Below are positions 10,501 through 22,127 of a DNA stretch of 64,000 nucleotides, in pieces. The first letter of the stretch is position 1. Every line of letters starts with the position of its first letter. This DNA comes from Octopus sinensis. Lineage: Eukaryota. The notes below the pieces were generated by a model. The model did no database searches and had not been told where the DNA came from. It worked only from the letters and a program-made list of their open reading frames with translations. Location: assembly GCF_006345805.1 (NCBI RefSeq), contig NC_043022.1, positions 3,410,001 through 3,474,000 of the forward strand, in the 5' to 3' direction. Position numbers and translations under genes: made by a program.

Positions 10501-13500
10501 CAAAATAATGCCTTACCTATTTTGTCATTACTCTAATAATTATGACAAGAATTAACGAAATAAGTTAACAGTGTTTTCATTATTTTCTTTGAATCTTCAG
10601 ACTGCACCGGAATGATGGGACAAATCATTTTTGCCTGGGTCCAAGGGTAAGTGGTTTAACATTTTGTATGAGAGATTTCCTATAATGAATATTTTCCGGC
10701 ACATAAGGGACATGTCTTTTCCTAAAAAGTCTCCCCAAAAGTTCCCTTGTGCCTTATATACTGAAGGTCAGGCTTTGGGTAGACATGGTTAGTGATATTA
10801 TTACCAGTGACTGTAGGGGTCAGTGGTGGCATTTGGTAGTGTTAAGCTAAGTATTGTAACTTAGCCTACCAAAGGGCATCAGTCCAAATTTTCATGGTTC
10901 CTATACATGAAAATGTGTGAGACATTCAGCTTGGGGATCCCGGGTTAGCTGCAGTTTTTTTCCTTGCAGATTTAGGCCTGCTTGAAAATACAGTAAATAT
11001 TTTCTTACATAAGCAGTAAAAAGGGTCAGTTAAGGTGATGGAGATTAGAAGAAGTGGGAAGGGCTGTTCAGTTTGGTTGGAGACAAATTCTCTTGTGATG
11101 ATGATGGTGACTGCCTCATCTTGTCACATGATGGTCATCTCGCATTCTTAGTGAGATATCTGTACATTATTGGATGTGACAAAGGCTTGTACAACACTTT
11201 TTGCCATTCTCTTGGTCACCGTAGAAGGTTCCAGAGACAAACATTGCTGCTGCTATTTTGACTGAAAGTTAAATGCCAGAGTATCTTTCTCTCAGAAGAA
11301 CTGCCTCCCCCATGGCTTTGTCAAAAATGATGGGAGCCTCCTGTACTCTTGGGAAATCTACTTAACCCATAGGAGACCACGACAGGTTCATATATCATGC
11401 TCACATGATATTAAAGAGGGTGGAAGTAATCAGGGTAGAGTTGGTAAGAGAAATAAAGATGGTGGTGATGGAGTGTTAAACTGGGCCCTGGGGACTGAAG
11501 AACAGGAAGGCTGAGTGGATAGAGGTTGCAAAGGTGTATGGGGAAACGAGAGGTGGTTAGAGATGAGATAGGGGTAGGTAAAAAGAAAAGAAAAAAAAGC
11601 AAACCAGGGTGCCATTCAGTGGGACTGAACCCAAAACCAAGTAGTTGGGAAGCAAGCTTCTTAACTACACAGCTACTTCTATTTTTTGTGTTTTTAAAAT
11701 TGTCTTTTCTGGAGAGTATTGTAGTTCACTTGAAGCATTGTAGATTGTTTGTGAAATATAACATGTCTTCAATGGCACAACAAAGCAAAGTGGACTATAA
11801 TAACTGTTAGAAATTAACTATTCATAGTCTGATATAATAATAATATTTCGTAATATAAAAATTCCTTCTTCAGATATTGCTAGGAATTGATCTGTCAATT
11901 CCTAGAGATATCTGACCTTCAAACTTTGGGTCTCACCGAGGAAATGACTAGAGACCGAGACCTATGGAAGTATGCTGTGCGTGAGAAGACCCGGCGTGAC
12001 AAGTGAGGCCATAATCCCGTGGCCTACACCTGGGATGTAGCCAGCCCACTTATGCATTCCTTTCCTTCTAGGGACACAAAACTCCACTTGTGAAGACCTG
12101 TTGAGGCAAGTGAAAATCAAAATCGTAATCTATCAACATCAATGGAATTTGTAGCTGTGATACCAGTGCCGGTGGCACGTAAGAGAACCATCCGAACGTG
12201 GCTGTAGCCAGTGCCACCCGACTGGCCTCCGTGCCTGTGGCACGTAAAAAGCACCATCCGACTGTGGCCGTTGCCAGCTTCGTCTGGTCCCTGTGCTGGT
12301 GGCACGTAAAAAGCACCATCCGATCGTGGCCGTTTGCCAGCCTCGTCTGGCACCTGTGCCGGTGGCACGTAAAAAGCACCCACTACACTCACGGAGTGGT
12401 TGGCGTTAGGAAGGGCATCCAGCTGTAGAAACACTGCCAGATCAGACTGTAGCCTGGTGCAGCTTCCTGGCTTCCCAGACCCCAGTTGAACCATCCAACC
12501 CATGCTAGCATGGAAAGCAGACGTTAAATGATGATGATGATGATGATCTGAAGAAGGAATTTTGTTGTATTCCAAAATATTATTATTATATCAGACTATG
12601 AATAATTAATTTCTAACAGTTATTATAGTCCACTCTGCTTTGTTGTGCCATTGAAGACATGTTATATTTTCTGTGCTTTCCATTGTTTAATTAATGAGCC
12701 ATTTCTAACAACTTTATTTTGTCTTTGTAGCACCAACCTTGATTGTAATGCCAAGAGATACAGGTGAGCTCTTGCACAGTTTATTCCTTAATTAGCTTTA
12801 ACCATTCTGTGTGGGGGCCAACACGTCAAAGAATTAGATCCAACGCTTCCTCTGTATGTCATAAAAGGTGACTAAAAGAGGTTGAGGTAGGATTTGCACC
12901 CCAACCTCATAAAACCCTCGTCAGCAACGGCTACCCAAATACACCCATAGGTCGGAGGTTTGTTACCTGAGTGGGTGCAAAGGTGTTATCTGCTTGGAAT
13001 AGGGAATCATGAAGAAATGGTGAATGCAGTGACACACTGTAACAGTGCTGAAAAAGAGGTAATTTCTACTCTTCTCCTCTGGAAGCCATCTACTCGCAAT
13101 ACCAGAGGGCGCACCATCTTCTACCCTGATGTAATCTCCAGGGATACAGGCATCCAGCAACAGGACCTTTGTAATGCTGTGATGGACCGTGAAGTCTGGC
13201 GTAGCATGGTAAATTCCATTGTCTCGACCACGGTCAAACAATGATGATGATGATGTAACGGTGCATGCCCACACCACCACAATCACTAGAATTCTGACCT
13301 TGTAAAATCCTCACCAGCAACAACTACCCAAGGCTGGAGGTTTGTTGCCTGAATGGTCCAAAGATATCATATGCCAAGAATAGTAGGAAATCTCCAACAG
13401 ATGGGGGATATACCGACACACTGTTACAGCGCATGACCCCCATACATCTTCACCATTTAACATCCGTTGTCCATGCTGGCATGGGTTGGACAGGTTGACC

Positions 13501-16500
13501 AGGGCTGGCATGCTGGAAGGCTGCACCAGACCCCAGTCTGATTTGGCATGGTGTTCTACGACTGGATGCCCTTCCTAATGCCAACCACTTTACAGAGTGT
13601 GCTGGGTGCTTTTATGTGCCATTTGCGTGACACCAGGGTGTGTTTATGTGCCAGTTTGCATGACACTGGGGTGCTTTTACGTCTCAATAGCACAAGTCTA
13701 AATTTGTGTGACACTGGTATCTGCCACGACTGCAATTTTTTCTCGGCTTAATGGGTCTTCTTCTGCAGCACAACATAATGCCAAAGGTCTTGGTCATTGC
13801 CTCCATGAGACCCAACACTCGAAAGGGTGCACTTGGCATAATGGGTCCTCTCAAGGACAGCACATCGCTAAATGACTACAGCTGTTTCTCTCACAGTTAC
13901 AGACTGGTTTACATCTGGTTCCTCAATGTACAGAGAGCAGTGTGCAAAAGTCAAAACACGGAGACATGAACATACACTCACATGCACTTACGGATATACG
14001 TATATACACAAACATACACACACACGTGTGTGTACACATGCACACACAAGCAGAAACATACACACACACACACATACATATTTTTATATATCTATGTCTT
14101 TTTTTGATGGTGCTAAGAGCACTAGACTTGTGGCAGCTGAAGAAGTGCAGCAATCACTGCTTTGTTGACAAAGAAACTTAAAGCGCTGTATGTGAGTCTC
14201 ATTAACTGTTTAAAGTTTTATGTTGACCTTCTTTGCATTCTGTGATGTGGAGTTGTATGTTAATTTAGATGCAAACCATCTTCAATTCCAAGTTTTGACT
14301 GGATAATACAAACACACACACACACACACACATACGATGATAGACTTCTAGCAGTTTCTGCCTCCTAAATTCATTTCACCCACAAGGCTTTGGGTGGCCC
14401 TGGGCTATACTATAAGACATGTGCCCAAGATGCTACACATTGGGATTGAACCTGAAACCATATGGTTGGGAAGCAAACTTCTTAACCACACAGCCAGCCA
14501 TGCCCACACTTACAAATTATAGAAATCAAAATCTCTCTATTATCATATTTTTTTTTCATTTCTAGATTGCTGGCGGATATCTTAAACGATGTTGCTATAT
14601 TCCTGGACATTTTGGCATCCCTGATCCCAGCCCAGTTATTTATTTTTATGGTGTGTCTATCCAGTCTGTGTCGGGTGAGTTGATATATTTCTTACATGAG
14701 TGATATCTCTGTTACCTGTCATCATCATCATCGTCATCACTACCACAACCATCATCACCACCATCATTTTCAATGTCCAATATTGCTGGAGCACCGCCTT
14801 TAATTGAGCAACTCGACCCCGGGACTAATTCTTTTGTAAGCCCAGTACTTATTCTATTGGTCTCTCTTGCCGAACCGCTAAGTGACGGGGACATAAACAC
14901 ACCAGCATCAGTTGTCAAGCAATGCTAGGGGGACAAACACAGACACACAAACATATACACACACACATATACGATGAGCTTCTTTCAGTTTCCGTATATC
15001 AAATCCACTCACAAGGCTTTGGTCAGCCCGAGGCTATGGTAGAAGACACTTGCCCAAGGTGCCACGCAGTGGGACTGAACCCAGAACCATCTGGTTAGTA
15101 AGCAAGCTACTTACCACACAGTCACTCCTGCACCTATAATGTGTAATTATAATAATTTTTCTTTTTGATAGTGAAGCTGATGTCTATAACAATATTACAA
15201 TAACCAACAATATGTGTGCTTGTATAGTAATATTAAGATCATGAAATTAGCATTAGCTTATTTCACTCTTTCTAGCAGAATCCCTAGGAACCTCTTACAG
15301 AACCTTAGGGTTCCAGGGAACCCTGGTTGAGAAACACTGTCCTAAAGACGCGTTTTAAGAAAAGCTAAGGGGTACCTCATTCCCAGTGGTCATCCAGCCT
15401 GCTGGACACCAACCTGGAATTTCTGAAGGCCCATGCTATAGCTAAATAGTCATTAAGCCTACACTAGTTTCGTCCATCCTTTTGACAAGTCCTGTTTTTA
15501 ATCCAACTGGGTTTCTAGCAACCCTTCTCACCAGGCAAGCCTAGTGAGGTTACCAGTTTAATCACTGACAACTCAACAATGCAACACATTGTACTGGAGT
15601 CCAGGTTACCAGTAGCACTCATGAGAGACTTCACAATAATAATAATGAAATTAATTGTATACAGTGCTCAGGTGCACCACAACTTGTCAGAAAGTGCATA
15701 TAAAGTACATGCAGTAATGTAGAAATATCTGGAAAGCGAACAATATATGAGTCAGATACATGTTTGTGTGTATATGGAGGGGAGAAAATCAAGTGTAGTG
15801 TTGGTGAATCTCAGGAAGCATGGAAGTTTTGAAGGATGCAGTGTGTGTGTGACCTAACACACACACACACACAACATTAATTAACAGGAGATGGTTTCGG
15901 TATTAAATCATTATTAGATACATGGATGCAACATGTTTTGAGCCATCAATCTGGGTCTCATCAGGTACATCGATAAAGATATGTGTCAGTCTAGATTTTT
16001 AGTATTGGCTGACTTGTTGTTACATGTCCATCAAGTTCGGGAACGAATAAAAGCAAATAAATCAGCCAATACTAAAAATCTATACCGAGACATATCTGTA
16101 CTGAGATGCACCTGAAGAGACCCAAACTGATGGGTTGAAACATGTTGTACCTAATGAAGGTCTAATGCAAAATCCCTTTCCTGTTACTTAATGCCTATTT
16201 CTTAGCGCTGCCTCGACTGGCTTCTGTGCCGGTGGCACGTAAAAAGCACCAATCCGACCGTGGCCGTTGCCAGCCTTGCTTGGCACCTGTGCGGGTGGCA
16301 CGTAAAAAGCACCCACTACACTCACGGAGTGGTTGGTGTTAGGAAGGGCATCCAGCTGTAGAAACATTGCCAGATAAGACTGGAGCCTGGTGCAGCCATC
16401 TGGCTTCCCAGATCCCTGGTCGAACTGTCCAACCCATGCTAGCATGGAGAACGGATGTTAAATGATGATAATGATGATGAAGGGGCTAATCATCATCATT

Positions 16501-17359
16501 GTTCGACCGTGGTCGAGACAATGGAATTTACCATGCTACACAAGACTTCACGGTCCATCATGGCATTACGGAGGTCCTGTTGCTGGATGCCTGTATCCCT
16601 GGAGATTACATCAGGGTAGGAGAGTGTGCGCCCTCTGGTATTGCAAGTAGATGGCTTCCAGAGGAGAAGAGGATTCCAGAGGACAAACAAGGACAGACAA
16701 ACGGATTAAGTCGATTACATCGACCCCAGTGTGTAACTGGTACTTATTTAATCAACCCCGAAAGGATGAACGGCCAAGTCAACCTCGGCGGAATTTGAAC
16801 TCAGAGCATAACAGCAGACGAAATACCGCTAAGCATTTTGCCCGGCGCGCTAACGTTTCTGCCAGCTCGCCGCCTTCCTGTTACTTAATACCATTACTCT
16901 AACTGCCACTTCAGAGTCGTCATCATCATCATCGTTTAACGTCCGTTTTCCGTGCTAGCACCGGTTGGACGGTTCGACCGGGGTCTGGGAAGCCAGGGGC
17001 TGCTCCAGGCTCCAGTCTGATCTGGCAGAGTTTCTACAGCTGGATGCCTTTCCTAACACCAACCACTCCGCGAGTGTAGTGGGTGCTTTTTACGTGCCAC
17101 CTGCACAGGTGCCAGGGGGGTCCGGCATCGGCCATGATCGGTTGGAGCTTTTAACGTGCCAGTGGCACGGAAGCCAGCCAAGGCAGCTGGCAACGTTCGG
17201 ATGGTGCTTTTTATGTGCCAATTCAACGGAAGTGTACCATGACTGCAGATGACAACAGGGAGCCTAAACTGTACCGGTGCTCTACTCAGCATTTTAAACA
17301 CACTAACTGACTTATACCTATTAGTCCAAAATATGTATTATTATTATTATTATTATTAC

Positions 17360-17393
<34 letters not shown>

Positions 17394-17790
17394 GGCACTG
17401 ATCAACATCAATGGAAATTGTAGCTGTGATACCAGTGCCGGTGGCAGGTAAAAAGCACCCACTACACTCACGGAGTGGTTGGCATTAGGAAGGGCATCCA
17501 GCTGTAAAAACACTGCCAGATCATACTGGGCCTGATGAAGCCTTCCGGCTTTCCAGACCTCAATTGAACCGTCCAACCCATGCTAGCATGGAAAGCGGAT
17601 GCTAAATGATGATGATGATGATGATATAGGCACAGGCATGTCTGTGTGGTAAGAAGCCTGCTTCCCAACCACAAAGTTCCGGGTTCAGACCCACTGTGTG
17701 ACACCATGGGCAACTTTCTTTTGCTATAGTCTCGGGCCGACCAAAGCCTTGTGAGTGGGTCTGGTAGATGGAAATTCAAAGAAGCCCGTC

Positions 17791-17842
<52 letters not shown>

Positions 17843-19085
17843 TTGTGTGTCTGTGTTTGTCCCCCCCAACATCGCTTGACAACTGATGCTGATGTGTTTA
17901 TGTCCCCGTAACTTAGCAGTTTGGCAAATGAGACCGATAGAATAAATACTAGGTTTACAAAGAATAAGTCCTGGGGTCGATCTGTTTGACTAAAGGCAGT
18001 GCTCCAGCATGGCCGCAGTCAAATGACTGAAACAAGTAAAAGAATAAAAGAATATATTTATGTAGGCGCAGGAGTGGCTGTGTGGTAAGTAGCTTGTTTA
18101 CCAACCACATGGTTCCGGGTTCAGTCCCACTGCGTGGCACCTTGGGCAAGTGTCTTCTACTATAGCCTCGGGCCGACCAAAGCCTTGTGAGTGGATTTGG
18201 TAGACGGAAACTGAAAGAAGCCTGTCGTATATATATATATATATATGCATGTGTGTGTTTGTGTGTCTGTGTTTGTCCCCCTAGCATTGCTTGACAACCG
18301 ATGCTGGTGTGTTTACGTCCCCGTCACTTAGCGGTTCGGCAAAAGAGACCAATAGAATAAGTACTGGGCTTACAAAAGAATAAGTTCCGGGGTCGAGTTG
18401 CTCGATTAAAGGTAGTGCTCCAGCATGGCCACAGTCAAATGACTGAAACAAGTAAAAGAATAAAAGAATATATTTATGTTAGAAATCATTATTTGTTTGT
18501 TTTTTGTATCTTATTTTTGTTGTTGTTGTTCTCTTTCTTTTTCCAGTCAATTGTTGGTATTGCTGGGGCCTCCACACGTGCCGCCCTCTCCCAACATCAG
18601 GCTCGCAGAAATAACATGGCTGATGTATCAGTGAAAGATAGCAGCCAGGTGAGTGTTGGTTTCTTTTCTTTTTTAATTTTTAAATGCACAGGGCCCTCAC
18701 TGGGGCCGATGCCACAAAAACAACAACAAAAAAAAAGAAGCCCCCAGTACATTCTGTAAAGTGGGTGACACTAGGGAGGGCCTCTAGCTATAGAAACCAT
18801 TCCGAAGCAGACCCCGGAATGGAGCACGGTCCTTAGACTGATCAGATCCTGTCAAACCGTCGAACCCATGCCACCACGGAAAATGGACATTAAATTCACT
18901 TTTACTTGTTTCAGTCATTTTGACTGTGACCATGCTGGAGCACCACCTTTTAGTGGAAGAAATCGACTTATTCTTTGTAAGCCTGGGATTTATTCTACCA
19001 GTCTCTTATGCCAAACCGCTAAGTTACAGGGATGTAAACACACCAACATCAGTTGTCAAGTGATGGTGGAGTGACAAACACAGAC

Positions 19086-19127
<42 letters not shown>

Positions 19128-22081
19128 TATATATATATGTATATATATACATACATGTGGAGGTGCAATGGCCCAGTGTCTAGGGCAGTGGACTCGCGGT
19201 CGTAGGATCACGGTTTCGATTCCCAGACCGGGCATTGTTAGTGTTTATTGAGCGAAAACACCTAAAAGCTCCATGAGGCTCCGGCAGGGGGTGGTGATCC
19301 CTGCTGTACTCTTTCACCACTCTTTCTCTCACTCTTTCTTCTGTTGGCTTGCTTGCTTAGCCAGCGCGGTGGCATCATTTGAAGGCTAAAACAATGTGAA
19401 GCGCATTGTGACCAGCGATGTGTAGCAACATCTGATAGCCTGGTTGGTCACGGTGATATATATACATATATACGACAGGCTTCTTTCAGTTTCTGTCTAC
19501 CAAATCCACTCACAAGGCTTTGGTCGGCCCAAAGACTATTGTGGAAGACACTTGCCCAAGGTGCCACACAGTAGGACTGGACCCGGAACCACATGGTTGG
19601 GAAGCAAGCTTCTTACCACACAGCCATGCCTGCTGAAGACTTTTAAATGTTTTCCTAAAGGCATGTCTGTATGGTGAGATGTTTGCTTTCCAACCACATG
19701 GTTCCAGGTTCGGTCCTACTGCATGGCACCTTGGGCAAGTGGCTTCTGCTATAGATTTGGACTGAGCAAAGCCTTGTCAGTGGATTCAGTAGACGGAAAC
19801 TGAAAGAAGCCCATCATGTATATATCATCATCATTTAATGTCTGTTGTTCATGCTGGCATGGGTTGGACGGTTTGACTGGGCTGGCACACTGGAAGGCCA
19901 CACCAGACTCCAGTCTGATTTGGCCTGTTTTCTAAGGCTGGATGCCCTTCCTAATGCCAACCACTTTGGCAACAGAACTTTTAAATACGAAAGGCAAACA
20001 CACATGTATACACAAGCAGAAATATACACATTATTTGTGTATATAAATGGAGAAAGAGAGAGAGAGAGAGAGAGACAAAGAGGAAGAGAGAGAGAGACAA
20101 AGAAGAAGAGAGACAAAGAGGGAGAGAGAGAGACAAAGAGAGAGAGAGGCAAAGAGGGAGAGAGAGAGACAAAGAAGGGGAGAGACAAAGAGGGAGAGAG
20201 AGAGAAAGAGAGAGAGAGACAAAGAGAGAGAGAGAGACAAAGAAGAAGAGAGACAAAGAGGGAGAGAGACAAAGAGGGAGAGAGAGAGACAAAGTGAGAG
20301 AGAGAAACAAAGAGGGAGAGAGAAAGAGAGAGAGGAAAGTTAATTCAAGCAGCATCCAAAAATTCTAGTTTTTGTTTTAATATATCTTTTGCTGAGCTCT
20401 TAAGTTAGAGGGACATAAACACACCAACACCAGCTGTCGAGTGGTAGTGGTGGACAGACACAGGCACAAAGATACACACACATACATGATGGGCTTCTTT
20501 CAGTTTCCATCTACCAAATCCACTCACAAGGCTTTGGTCAGCCTGAGGCTATAATAGAAGAGACTTGCCCAAGGACTGAACCTGGACCCATGTGATTGGG
20601 AAGTGAGCTTCTTACCACACAGCCATGCCTGTGCCTATAAATACAAATGAGGTTGTCATGGCTGGAAAGCATTTGGTTATAGGCCAGCTTAATGGGGGAA
20701 AGCTGGCAGAACCGTTAGCATGCAGGGCGAAATGCGTAGCCGTATTTCGTCTGCCGTTACGTTCTGAGTTCAAATTCTGCCAAGGTCGACTTTGCCTTTC
20801 ATCCTTTCGGGGTCGATAAATTAAGTACCAGTTACACACTGGGGTCGATGTAAGCGACTTAATTCGTTTGTTTGCCCCCTCTGTGTTTGGCCCCTTGTGG
20901 GTAATAAAGAAACATATAGGCCAGCTTAATCCAGTTTGATCCGGAGCTAAACATCAACAGTATTACATGTGTAGTGATGCTACTGTGTAAGGTTCAGCGC
21001 GCATGCACAGAATGGGACTACTTCCGGGTGGCCACCGGAAGTCTTCCCCATGCGCATGTGCGGGAAACTGACCCCTAAGGCACAGACCACTCATTCACTC
21101 TCTCTGGCGCTTTCAGCCCTCGTGAACAGACGTGCATTTGGTAGTCTCTGAGAACTCTACACCGGCTTAGCGACGGACCACATCGAATCAACTTCAATCA
21201 ACCAACAAGAAGCAGTACAAAGATTCGGCTGTCGTTTCCCCTCAGAAATTCGTACACCATCACGAATAATAAACAACAATTTGCTGTCTTTCACCGATAA
21301 CCTGACTTCGTCTGTTATATCTAACTAAATTGTATGTGACGGGATCGGATCGACACCCTTTCAGTGATACCGATTCCAGATCCTGTTACACATGCTCCTA
21401 CAAAATCCCTCCCTCAACCCACCCCTTTCCCTCTCTTCCTTGGTCTAAACATTGCTTCTTTCTTTCTTTCCAGGAAACTCTTGTGAATGTAACAGCTCTC
21501 CTCTTCAACCTTATTTTAACTCCATTTGTTTCAAAATACAAAGAGTAAGTTGACGGAATGATTCTTTAACACATATTTACAATTATTACAATTACTGGCA
21601 GTATCGCCCGGCGTTGCTCGGGTTTGTAAGGGAAATAACTATATAAGCATTTTTAGAGAGTTACTTCCCTTATATAACCCGAGCAAAAATCATTAAAAAT
21701 GCGGAAAATGATGGTAAATTTTTTTAAAATCGTAGACTCATCGTAGATGCACGCTAATACCCAGAAGGGCTCGATATGAATGATGACTATAAGATACCCG
21801 CTTTTGGTTAAACTGCACCGCAAAATGTGGGAGTAGTTAGGAATCTAAACCAGAGGAGACAGAGTCTCACACACACAACTTAAATTTTATATATAAAGAT
21901 TACAATTATTACATATATAGGCGTAGGAGTGGCTTTGTGGTAAGTAGCGTCCTTACGAACCACACGGTTCTGGGTTCAGTCCCACTGCGTGACACCTTGG
22001 GCAAGTGTCTTCTACTATAGCCTCGGGCCGACCAAAGCCTTGTGAGTGGATTTGGTAGACGGAAACTGAAAGAAGCCCGTC

Positions 22082-22127
<46 letters not shown>

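Noticed and set aside
9295-10508. Several 200-367 aa ORFs on both strands
   Set aside because: They are translations of the 26-bp minisatellite; only the CR1-like RT tail portion is real, and it is a LINE remnant.
17532-17560. CUGAUGA-AGCC/GGCU as a hammerhead
   Set aside because: No GAAA or stem III follows; it is a mutated RTE UTR copy.
19157-19230. tRNA genes at SINE heads (also 41224-41290 and 58368-58440)
   Set aside because: A and B boxes are present, but acceptor stems are incomplete and each head runs into a multi-copy SINE body.
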